From: an uncultured Ruficoccus sp.
GTDB lineage: Bacteria > Verrucomicrobiota > Verrucomicrobiia > Opitutales > Cerasicoccaceae
DNA: 64,000 bases
Direction of reading: 5' to 3'
Assembly (NCBI GenBank): GCA_965140785.1
Contig: OZ223481.1
Span: 256,001 to 320,000, forward strand
How positions within the stretch are numbered: position 1 is the stretch's first letter; every line of letters starts with the position of its first letter. A program made the position numbers and the translations under genes. This document shows positions 20,689-29,646 of the stretch, piece after piece. The notes beneath the pieces are model-generated. The model was not told the DNA's origin, did not search any database, and worked only from the letters and a program-made list of their open reading frames with translations.

Positions 20689-21855
20689 TTACTTGTGGGA
20701 GCGAAACAGCTCTACGGTATCGACGTAGATTTCACCGGTCACATTTTCCAAGCCAATCGAAAGGCGAAGGCTTACGGTGTTATCCGGAATATACACATTC
20801 CAATCAATGTCGGTCCAGTCGAAGGAGCCCACGGGCAAATGGTATTGCGGGTAGTCCATGACTCCCTCGGCATTCTCCACGCGCAACATGATTTTAATGC
20901 CGTTCCAGTTATTGGGTTTTTCCGACACGTCCTCGGCCTTCACGCGTGTCTTAACCGTAAGGTAGCCGCCCTTGATTTCGTCGACCGGCAGGTCGAGGTG
21001 GTACATAGAAGATTTGTTGGGCGTCTTTTGTTTGACGTGCGCCTTGCCTCCCTGCGCGGGAGAAATCGGATGCCAGTCGTTGGTCGAAGACGCAGACCAG
21101 TCTTCCTTTATCGACCATGCGACACGGCCATCACCCGTTGCCGAGCTTTCCACCTCCTCGTTGGTGTAGGCACTCCAGAGCGCATCGGCCATAGCCTGCA
21201 TTCCCTTATCACCGGGATGCCAATTAACTCCCTTGTTGGTAAATCGGCCTTCCGTACCTGCCTGGTTGGCAGGGTCAGCATTGGCAGCACTCAAGCTGAC
21301 AAAATCAGCGTCATATTTTTCGCACAGCTGTTGGATGATGGCATCCTTTTCTGTATTGCCACGTGTAGGCGACCAAACACCAAAGCAGAAAATCTGCGCT
21401 TTGGGATTACCTTTGCGAAGTGCTTCCAGAATACGTCCATAATCACGACGGAAGCCCACGCCATGGTCATGCAGCTTGTCATTTTCCCCCATTTGCACGA
21501 CGGCGATGTCCGCATTGGCCGAAGCAAAGTCGTCCAGAAACTTCAATTGCCCGGCAAGTGTTCCACCGCCTTTTGCATAGACAGAAAGCTCCGGCTCGCG
21601 GCCTTGCTGTTCGGCCAGCTTGGCCATGAACAGATGAACGTAATCCTTGTCCTCGGCAGAAGCGGCCATGCCGTAGTTGCCCGACCAGTCGAGCTTGGCG
21701 ATGTTGGGGGCGTGCTGTGTGATGCTATCGCCAATAAAAATGACTTTTTCAATTTTCTGCCCGGCAAAAGCCGAGCAAATAGAAAACAGAATAGCAATCA
21801 GGCAGGCCGTCCGGCGGGTAATGATTTGAATTCCTTGCGTGGATGGGTATTTCAT
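20689..21855 (-). CDS. Secreted SGNH esterase with C-terminal CBM-like module
   Basis: Signal peptide, FIGDSIT, GEND, WHPGDKGM. Confidence 0.85.
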   Translation of the reverse strand: MKYPSTQGIQIITRRTACLIAILFSICSAFAGQKIEKVIFIGDSITQHAPNIAKLDWSGNYGMAASAEDKDYVHLFMAKLAEQQGREPELSVYAKGGGTLAGQLKFLDDFASANADIAVVQMGENDKLHDHGVGFRRDYGRILEALRKGNPKAQIFCFGVWSPTRGNTEKDAIIQQLCEKYDADFVSLSAANADPANQAGTEGRFTNKGVNWHPGDKGMQAMADALWSAYTNEEVESSATGDGRVAWSIKEDWSASSTNDWHPISPAQGGKAHVKQKTPNKSSMYHLDLPVDEIKGGYLTVKTRVKAEDVSEKPNNWNGIKIMLRVENAEGVMDYPQYHLPVGSFDWTDIDWNVYIPDNTVSLRLSIGLENVTGEIYVDTVELFRSHK

Positions 21856-21867
21856 AATAGTCGAAGA

Positions 21868-23649
21868 TTATCGTGGAGACTTTGCGATAAGGTGTTCATC
21901 CGAGTTATCGGAGTATGCAGATTCAAAAAGACTTATGTGCCCGCCGGGGCCATCCAGTTCAGTAACAAGATTACCCCACCCAGAATTGAGCCAAGGGCTT
22001 TCCAGTGCCGGATAATCCAGATCCAGTGCCTGCCCGTTCAGGCAACGCTTCCCCTGAGCATCCATGGTCAATTCATTCCCCTGAGCGGATTTGTAGCAAA
22101 GCTTCAGACTGTCTGCATCGAAGGCAAATGTACTACGACGCACACGCTCAATAAAGGCATCGAAATCGCCATCCTCAGACATGCGCCCGACCTCGCAGGC
22201 CATGCCGTGGCGAGCGCCTTCGAGAATGATTTCGCGCCGGGCCCATTCCCCGGATTCAGTCCAGGAGTAAGGCGCACTCAAGCGTAAAGCTGCGTAAGCG
22301 CTTCCGGCACGAACAAAGATTACGTCGGGCTCTTCGCGCAGCTCGTCGAAGGACTCGCGGGGCAAGTAAATATGGATGTACTGACACGGTTGACTCGACG
22401 GGATGTCGTAAAGGGCCAGCAGGCAATTGCGCTCCTGCATAAAGTGTCCACAACCGCAGCAGCGATCCCCGGTCCAGTGGTTGTGCAGGGGGTCCTTGCC
22501 GGGATGATGAGCAAAGAGGCGAGCGGTGTCTGAAGTGGCGAAACTGAGATCCCAATCGTGCTGTTGATGCCAGGGGTAGGCCGTGGTTTCTATTTGATCT
22601 GCGGGGATGGTATAGTTGCGAATGTGGCCGTGTACGGGCGTGCCTTGAGGATAAGCATCCTGGAACTGCACGCACCCCAGCATATAATCCGGCGTCCAGT
22701 AGGTGTATTTGCGAATACTGCCAGCGAGAGGTTCAACGGGAAGGATATCGGCCAGGTTGTGCAAGAGTTTGCGCGATTTGAGCACAAAGGAGGCGCCTTC
22801 GGATTCCGGACTAAGGGCTAGGACAGACTTGCGAGGACGGTAGCGGGTCGAAACCAGATCGACGACATAGCCGTTCATGTTACTGGTCGGTGCAGACACC
22901 GACCCCCAATACAGATAGTGGAGCGAACGAGTAACCTCGTAACTATGGTCTAATGCTTCAGCAGGTTGGATGCGCCCTTGGGCTCCCCCCTGCCGACCAT
23001 ACAAGGACTCCACCTGCATCTCAGCCAAAAGCAAATCGAGGGAATCCCGGGCTAAACTTTGCAAAGAGGAGTCGGGGCTAAAATCGTACAGCGTCAGCAG
23101 GCATTCCCAAACCGCCATCAGGTAGTGGGAAGAGTTAAATTCCCCCCAGCCATGCCGGGCACGATACTCCAAAAAGCGTTTGAGCCAAAGCCCGTCCTCT
23201 GCGCTGAGCGTGGCACCCGTCTCGCCGTAAGCTTCAAAGTGCGCTTGCGGCAAGGCACTGCCCATCAAATAAAGGCTGGAGTGAAAGAGTAGGGCGTGAT
23301 TTTCGGACTGGTATTTACTGGCGAAATTATTCTGAGTGAAGAACTGCTCGATAGCCGTAGCCACTTCTACAGGTAATTGCTTTTCAGGCACGAACAAATG
23401 CCAGGCCCGGCAGAGCTTAATCGCGCCGAAATCTACCTCGTTGATCTTTTGAACATGAGTCGGGTCGATGCCCTCAAACCAACTGGCGACATGCGCTAGC
23501 TCACGAAAGGCATCCTCGTGCTCCTGCTCCAGGAGCAATAACTGAATCGCGCGAGCACCGAACGGTTCTGGCTCCAGCTCACCCGCCAAAAGCGTGCGGC
23601 GCCGGGCTTCGTAATCTTTGTCAATGATGGTATGGGTGGCGGGTTGCAT
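21868..23649 (-). CDS. Hypothetical carbohydrate-active enzyme (helical + beta domain, lyase/heparinase-like architecture)
   Basis: 593 aa with SENH and GWGEFNSSHY motifs, inside a glycan operon. Family assignment is inference. Confidence 0.6.
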   Translation of the reverse strand: MQPATHTIIDKDYEARRRTLLAGELEPEPFGARAIQLLLLEQEHEDAFRELAHVASWFEGIDPTHVQKINEVDFGAIKLCRAWHLFVPEKQLPVEVATAIEQFFTQNNFASKYQSENHALLFHSSLYLMGSALPQAHFEAYGETGATLSAEDGLWLKRFLEYRARHGWGEFNSSHYLMAVWECLLTLYDFSPDSSLQSLARDSLDLLLAEMQVESLYGRQGGAQGRIQPAEALDHSYEVTRSLHYLYWGSVSAPTSNMNGYVVDLVSTRYRPRKSVLALSPESEGASFVLKSRKLLHNLADILPVEPLAGSIRKYTYWTPDYMLGCVQFQDAYPQGTPVHGHIRNYTIPADQIETTAYPWHQQHDWDLSFATSDTARLFAHHPGKDPLHNHWTGDRCCGCGHFMQERNCLLALYDIPSSQPCQYIHIYLPRESFDELREEPDVIFVRAGSAYAALRLSAPYSWTESGEWARREIILEGARHGMACEVGRMSEDGDFDAFIERVRRSTFAFDADSLKLCYKSAQGNELTMDAQGKRCLNGQALDLDYPALESPWLNSGWGNLVTELDGPGGHISLFESAYSDNSDEHLIAKSPR

Positions 23650-23650
23650 C

Positions 23651-24358
23651 TTAGTCAGTGTCCCACAGTTCGTCGTTTGCGGTGAAGCTGGAGTCACCGG
23701 TTTCGGAGGTTACGTGTCCATCAAACCAAAGTACGTTGGCGGTATTTCCCGGGTGGCGGAACGCAGTCTTGAATGGCGCGTTGCTGTCCCAAGCCCCTTC
23801 CCACATGGAAGGCGGGCGAACAAACGGACGCCATTGATCATTGTCCCCCCGTGTGACATCCGTCATGAATACCGTCTGGGCAGGATTGGCCACCACCGTG
23901 TTCTTACGCACAACGACACGTAGCATCGGCCCTAAATCCTTGCTGAAAGTAGAAAGCCAATTGTAGTTGTGGCCGTAGCCGAAAACCTCTGGATTTTCCG
24001 GGCAAATAAAAATCGGCTGAGATTGATAAGAGGGATATGAGCCCTGTGACGTGTCATAATCCAAATAAGGTGCCAAGAGGCCCGTCCAGTGCGTCATGGC
24101 TAGAGGGTCAGACGAGTTGTCGCGCGGATAATACATGGGCAGGATGTCGCCGTTGTGTTCGTTTGTGTACAGCTTGGCCAGCACACCGATTTGCCGGAGA
24201 TTGGATTGGCATTTCGTAGTATTCGAGCGGGCTACAATACTACCGACGACCGGAATAATTATGGCGGCCAAAATCGCAATGCAGGCGATGACCGTTAACA
24301 ACTCGACAAGGGTAAAGGCCTGTTTCGAATATCGGCTATGACACAAGGATGCTGACAT
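23651..24358 (-). CDS. Prepilin-type N-methylation / H-X9-DG (DUF1559-like) protein
   Basis: AFTLVELLTVIACIAILAAIIIP, CQSNLRQIG, FICP, RHPGNTANVLWFDGHV. Confidence 0.92.
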   Translation of the reverse strand: MSASLCHSRYSKQAFTLVELLTVIACIAILAAIIIPVVGSIVARSNTTKCQSNLRQIGVLAKLYTNEHNGDILPMYYPRDNSSDPLAMTHWTGLLAPYLDYDTSQGSYPSYQSQPIFICPENPEVFGYGHNYNWLSTFSKDLGPMLRVVVRKNTVVANPAQTVFMTDVTRGDNDQWRPFVRPPSMWEGAWDSNAPFKTAFRHPGNTANVLWFDGHVTSETGDSSFTANDELWDTD

Positions 24359-24464
24359 GATGGGGTCGCGTTGAACAGGCAGGGCCATTGTACTCGCGGG
24401 ATAGGCGAGCAAGTCTAATTCTTCCCCTCAAAAAAGAGAGAGGGGAGGGGACGCAACGGACAGC

Positions 24465-25358
24465 CTAGGATTGCCGACGACGACGCATCCAGGCGAGTCC
24501 GATGGCAATCAGGCCCAGCATTGCGGCGTAATGCCCCGGCTCGGGTACGAGCGAAGTGACCATAAAATTATCGAAGTTGTAGTTTAACTCATCACCATTG
24601 GAACTGTAGATGCCGAGTCGGCCAAAATTGTTTTCCGTAGTTTCAATCGTCCCGCCACTGGTGGAGGCACCCAGGTTGAGAAGTGTGGTGAAGGAGCGAT
24701 CATGGTCACCGCCACCGTCCACGAAGAAAGCCACGGAGTTGGCCGCTAAAGATTCGGTAGAGCCGGTTATGGGGTCGATATAGGAAATAGCTTGTGAATC
24801 GAGGTCATTGACCACCATGGTGAATTTTACTCGCTCGTCCTCACCGGCAACAAACGAGAAAAGATTAGGCCCGGCAGTGCCATTTCCAATAAAACCGACC
24901 AAACCATTATTGCGCAGGCGGACCTCCGAATAATAAAGACTCGTGTCATTAAAGACCATTGAGGTCGAAGGATTATAAGCACCCAGCAGGATGGAGAATC
25001 GACTGTTGTCAGTCGGAGCCGATGCCGTTGGCAAACGCGCTAAATCGAAGCTCACCATGAAAGTCGACTGCCCGCTGGATGAGTCCGAAACGAAATTATA
25101 TTCCAAGGAGGTGGCTGAGCCGTTATTGTTATACATGGCCACACCGTTACCCGTGCTTCCACCGGCGGGGTTATTCGCGCCCGTTACCACCTGAACGGTG
25201 TTGCTTGGCGTGTTGGATCCAGGGGTAAGGGCAGTCTGCCCTGTCGGCTGCTCCCCAACCGTTTGGCCAGATTCAAAATTCTCGGAAAAAAGCACTTCGC
25301 CTGAAAGCGGCGCGGAAGCGAGGATCGCGAGACAACTAATAAGATAGGGTATTTTCAT
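24465..25358 (-). CDS. PEP-CTERM surface protein
   Basis: Signal peptide MKIPYLISCLAILASAPLSG; C-terminal VPEPGHYAAMLGLIAIGLAWMRRRR. Confidence 0.93.
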   Translation of the reverse strand: MKIPYLISCLAILASAPLSGEVLFSENFESGQTVGEQPTGQTALTPGSNTPSNTVQVVTGANNPAGGSTGNGVAMYNNNGSATSLEYNFVSDSSSGQSTFMVSFDLARLPTASAPTDNSRFSILLGAYNPSTSMVFNDTSLYYSEVRLRNNGLVGFIGNGTAGPNLFSFVAGEDERVKFTMVVNDLDSQAISYIDPITGSTESLAANSVAFFVDGGGDHDRSFTTLLNLGASTSGGTIETTENNFGRLGIYSSNGDELNYNFDNFMVTSLVPEPGHYAAMLGLIAIGLAWMRRRRQS

Positions 25359-26039
25359 TGGGTAGTGTGTTTTAAGGGTGATAAGTGCCGAATTAAAGTC
25401 ACTCAATTTTAATTAACTCACTTAGTCAATATATAAATCTCTTAATTGACGGGCCACTTCGATTAACCTCGCTGCGACCGCCGCAAGCAGAGACATTTTG
25501 CTATGCGCGTAAAGACTGGCAGCGAGCAGAGTAAGGGCGGTCGGATCCGGTGGTGTCCGTTGTTGATGCTCCAGGCCTTAGGCACTGTCCGCAAATCTGC
25601 TCAATATCCCAATACTCGCGCCAGCGTAGTCGGCACTTGAGCCCCGATGGTTTACACAAAGTACGAGCCCATGTGAGATGCAGAGAGCGTTGTTTTGGAT
25701 AGTTTGAGTAATATTTTAATTATTCAAGTAACAGTCTTCCATTTTTAATGGCCCTGGGATGCTTAATTTTACGTAGTATAGAGGGCAGGGTTCTATTTTA
25801 AGAATGGATATCCTCGGACTCATTGCAGGCATGGCTTGGCTCCTGATTGACGAGTCAAGAGAGCTCAAGAAAAAGAAACCCTGACGCATACATCTTAACC
25901 CTGCAATCATGAGAAATCGGCATCGGGATAGGGGGCTGCGTCTCTTCCAGTTTGCAGTGGCTACCGTCCGCTCCATCTGCTCCTCTGGCAAGGAGGACAA
26001 ACCCACCCGCCCGTAAGCGGCGAAGAAGAGTCGTAAACA

Positions 26040-26511
26040 GTGAGACCCTTGGGTGCATTTAAACTCTACCCGCTGCTCGTCCTGTTTTTTTGGCCCGGGG
26101 CAAACCTCCATGCGGCCCGGCATCACCCCGAGTCCTATTACCGGGGCTGGGCCGCTGCCGAACTCTGTGGTAAAACCGAGGTTGTCCTTCCCAACGATAC
26201 CCGCTGCGACATCTTCACGGATCAATACGCGGTCGGAGGTGGACTTCGCCGACAAGTGGGCCGAAGCCCTCGGCCAGTGTCTAAACTAAGCCGCCCAGAC
26301 TAACCCCCAACCGGGCATCGTGCTCATTCTCGAATCCCCCGATGACAAACGCCACCTCGCCCGTCTGCAAGCGATCGTCGAGTACTACCGGCTGCCCGTC
26401 AGCATCATGCCGCTTTACGGTTTTATACCCTCAGCATTTGAACCCAAAAAGATGGAGCCTCCCTGGCTAAAATCCCCACCCGTGCCGACCGACGAGGGTG
26501 CCCGTAGTTGA
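26040..26511 (+). pseudogene. Disrupted PD-(D/E)xK nuclease-like gene with a hydrophobic N-terminus
   Basis: Joined frames read EVVLPNDTRCDIFTDQYAV / EVDFADKWAEALGQCLN * AAQT...GIVLILE. +1 frameshift near 26234 and an in-frame TAA at 26287. Confidence 0.7.
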
Positions 26512-26630
26512 TTTCTAGCAGTTTTTCTAATTGGACATATTAAATTTAAGTATATCAAGTTTATTTCTTGTATGCTTTTCTGTGATGCTGTTTATCCTTT
26601 TTTGGACACCTCACAATAAACTTACCCGCT

Positions 26631-26837
26631 ATGAAAACTGCTGTTTTGCCCCTTGTTGTCTTGTTCGCTATCCCGTCTGTCCTGTGTGCTCAGGAGCCCT
26701 CTGGGGGGACTCTGATTGAGATGTCCGGGGTGGGGGGATTTATGCTGACGGCGTACTTGCTGATGTTTTTCGGGCGTAAGAACCCGGACGGAAAGCTGGC
26801 GCGTTTCGCCTCCAGGATTTTCCCCCACAAGCGCTAA
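26631..26837 (+). CDS. Small protein: signal peptide + single TM + basic tail; first gene of the Rhs operon
   Basis: MKTAVLPLVVLFAIPSVLCA|QEPS...FMLTAYLLMFFGRK...; stops 18 bp before the next gene and has an AT-rich upstream region. Confidence 0.6.
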   Translation: MKTAVLPLVVLFAIPSVLCAQEPSGGTLIEMSGVGGFMLTAYLLMFFGRKNPDGKLARFASRIFPHKR

Positions 26838-26855
26838 CCGCGGAAAGGCATCCCC

Positions 26856-29618
26856 ATGTTCCGTGTTAGCGCCGCCTGTCTCGGGCTTTCGCTAGCCCTC
26901 CTTGCAACGCCCCTTTTGGGGCAGGTTTCCTTGCCCTACGAAACGGATTTCGAAGCGGCTTCCGGCTACGGCGTGGATGATCCGCCGAGCGTGGCGCCTT
27001 GGGTCGTAGGCGGCTCGGGGGCCTTGGTGACGAGTGCCGACTCCGCCTCGGCAGCGCAGGGAGTTTTACTCCCGATCGATGAAACAGGATTTTTGCGGGC
27101 GAATTTTTCGAGCAGCCAGGCGGGGGTGGTGACCTTTGTGGATTTCTACCTCAAGCCCATGGCCGGGCCGGTGGAGGAATTGCCGGCGGTTTCGAGCGAT
27201 GTTACCTCCGCGATGACCGGTGCGGCTGAATCCGGCGGCGTCGGCTGGTTTTACGCAGTGGAAGGCGACGGCCTGGGTGGGGGGCAGTGGCAGCAGATCC
27301 CGCGGCCGTTTGCGCTGAGCGACGGTGTATCCACGAACTGGATACGCTTGACTTACCGCCTCGATTATGCGACCAAGACCTGGGATCTCTACCTGGACGA
27401 CGATCTGGTGGCGACCGACTTGGGGTTCGTGGACGATGTGCTGGAGAGTTTGAGCGAATTCCGGCTCAAGGGCGGCGGGCTGGCCCCGGTTTATTTTGAT
27501 TTTTTCTACGCCGGTTATGAGAACCCGCTTTTCCTCGACAGCGACAGCGACGGGATGAGCGACGCCTACGAGAGCGCCAACGGCCTCGACCTCTACGCCG
27601 ACGACCGCTATGGCGACCACGATTTCGATGGCATCACCAATGTCCACGAATTCCTCTACGACCTGGAGGCGGGCAACCCCGACACGGACGGGGACGGTGT
27701 GCACGATGGCTGGGAATTTTCCTTCGGGGGCGACCCGGCGGTGGCGGATAATTACGTGCTCAGCCAGCTGCCCTACGTGGAGGGTTTCGAGAGCCACCCG
27801 GACGCGAACGTCACGAGCGGGGGAGGGTGGTCCTATCAGGGCGGCACCGAGCCGCAACTGAGCAGCGACGAGGCCGCGAACGGCACCCACTCGGTGCTGA
27901 TCAATCCGCTCGGCGCGGGCACGGCGCTCTACAATTTATTCACGGCCACGCCCGACACCATTGTTTGGGTGGACCTGGCGCTCAAGCCCGGAGCGTTGAG
28001 TGAGGAGCCGGCGCTGAGCGCGGCGACCTCGGCGGGTTTTTACTTTGGCGAGGATGGGCGGCTGCGCGTCTTCGACGGGGCGGAGTTGCCCGCTGGCGCT
28101 TGGGAGGCCCTGACGCACGAGGCGGTCGAGATGGACGCCTGGCAGCGCCTGACGGTGCAGCTCAATTACTCCACCCAGCGCTGGGCGATTTATTTGAATG
28201 GCGTGCGGTTGGCTGCGGGGCTCGGCTTCGCCAATCCGGTGCCGTTTTTCCAGTCCTTTCGTGTGACCCAGTCTGAGGGCGGGGAAACTTACCTCGACAA
28301 TGTGCAGGTCAGCTACACCGAGCCGGCTGGGCTCGATAACGATGGAGACGGCTTGACCAATGTTTGGGAAATTGCGGCGGCGTCATATGGCTACGATCCG
28401 GAGAACGCCTACTCGGCGGACCCGACCGGCATGGTACGCGACGATTATTATGACCTCGATGGAGACGGCCTGGGGACGCTGGCCGAACTCGCCGCGGGCA
28501 CGGCGTACACGAACCCCGACACCGATGGCGACGGCGTGCTGGACGGGGCCGAGGCTTCCTTGGGCGAAGACCCGCTGGTGGCGGGAACTTTTAATCAACT
28601 AACCGCCGACAGCAACGACATCTATACGTGGACCGCCGGTTTCGAAACCGCCGAGGGCTACAGCGTGGCCGCGCTCGACGGCCAAGACCTGTGGCGGACG
28701 AACTCCTCGTCAGCGACGGTGACGTCTGCTCAGGCTGAGGGCGGGGCGCAGTCCGTGTCGCTGGAATCCGGCACGGGCGAAGCGGTTACCGCCGAGCAGT
28801 GGCTGGTGGCTCCCTCCGGCGCGGAAGTGGTCTGGGTCAGCTTTTCCTCCAAGCTCGTCGGCGGCGATCTGCCGGACCTGTCAGAGCGCGAAACGCTCGG
28901 AGCGGCTTATTTCACGGCGAGCGAAGCAGGAACGCTCTGCGTTTATGACGGTGCGTCGGCCCAGTGGCAGGACACCGCGCTGGCCGTGGATGCCGCCAGT
29001 TGGGTCCGCTTCGATGTGCGCCTCGACTATGTATCCAAAACCTGGGACATCTGGGTTGAGGGCAACGAAGTCGCCACCGACCTCGGTTTTGCTAATACCG
29101 CGATCACCGCCTTTGCCCGGGTGCGCTTCGAGCAGTTGCGTGCCACTGAGGCCCAGGGCTTTATCGATTCGCTCAGTATTTCCACCGCCATGCCCGCCAG
29201 CCTCTCGCCCTGGCCCCACGTCTCCGATGCCTGGAAACAGCAGATCGTCGATGCCGACCCGAACGACGCCATTACCGACCCCTCGCAGGTGCTGGCCGGA
29301 GACGACTTCGACGGCGACGGCCAGACCAACGAGGAAGAGTTCCGGCAGGGCACATCCCCGACCAGGGCCGATGCCGATGTCCAGTACTACGTCTTCGGCG
29401 ATATCGGCAACGATGTGTACAACGGTCTCAGCCTCTACCCCGGCCAGCCGACCAGCCTGCACGGCCCCAAGGCAACCCTCTCCGGCGCACTAGCCGCCGC
29501 CCCCGATGGCAGCCGCATCCAGATGGAAAGCGCCACCGCCGCCTACGACGAGTCCACCCTCTCGCTCGCAGGCAAAAACCTCACCCTGCGCCCCCACGGC
29601 GACGTCGTCCTGCAATGA
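26856..29618 (+). CDS. Secreted protein with three ConA/LamG-like repeats and TSP3-like DxDxDG calcium-binding repeats
   Basis: Signal peptide. Three units ending WIRLTYRLDYATKTWDLYLD, WQRLTVQLNYSTQRWAIYLN and WVRFDVRLDYVSKTWDIWVE, each followed by DxDGDG repeats. Confidence 0.8.
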   Translation: MFRVSAACLGLSLALLATPLLGQVSLPYETDFEAASGYGVDDPPSVAPWVVGGSGALVTSADSASAAQGVLLPIDETGFLRANFSSSQAGVVTFVDFYLKPMAGPVEELPAVSSDVTSAMTGAAESGGVGWFYAVEGDGLGGGQWQQIPRPFALSDGVSTNWIRLTYRLDYATKTWDLYLDDDLVATDLGFVDDVLESLSEFRLKGGGLAPVYFDFFYAGYENPLFLDSDSDGMSDAYESANGLDLYADDRYGDHDFDGITNVHEFLYDLEAGNPDTDGDGVHDGWEFSFGGDPAVADNYVLSQLPYVEGFESHPDANVTSGGGWSYQGGTEPQLSSDEAANGTHSVLINPLGAGTALYNLFTATPDTIVWVDLALKPGALSEEPALSAATSAGFYFGEDGRLRVFDGAELPAGAWEALTHEAVEMDAWQRLTVQLNYSTQRWAIYLNGVRLAAGLGFANPVPFFQSFRVTQSEGGETYLDNVQVSYTEPAGLDNDGDGLTNVWEIAAASYGYDPENAYSADPTGMVRDDYYDLDGDGLGTLAELAAGTAYTNPDTDGDGVLDGAEASLGEDPLVAGTFNQLTADSNDIYTWTAGFETAEGYSVAALDGQDLWRTNSSSATVTSAQAEGGAQSVSLESGTGEAVTAEQWLVAPSGAEVVWVSFSSKLVGGDLPDLSERETLGAAYFTASEAGTLCVYDGASAQWQDTALAVDAASWVRFDVRLDYVSKTWDIWVEGNEVATDLGFANTAITAFARVRFEQLRATEAQGFIDSLSISTAMPASLSPWPHVSDAWKQQIVDADPNDAITDPSQVLAGDDFDGDGQTNEEEFRQGTSPTRADADVQYYVFGDIGNDVYNGLSLYPGQPTSLHGPKATLSGALAAAPDGSRIQMESATAAYDESTLSLAGKNLTLRPHGDVVLQ

Positions 29619-29646
29619 TACGTTTTTTATTCAACCCACGATCGAT

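Noticed and set aside
25578..25596. TTAGGCACTGTCCGCAAA, resembling an IS terminal repeat
   Set aside because: No partner repeat and no recognisable transposase frame next to it.
25804..25884. 26-aa ORF MDILGLIAGMAWLLIDESRELKKKKP
   Set aside because: Plausible small membrane peptide, but no clear RBS or homology evidence and it sits in a decayed region.
26631..26837. Filamentous phage major coat protein / prophage
   Set aside because: The architecture is similar, but no Zot-like ATPase, replication initiator or other inovirus genes are nearby.
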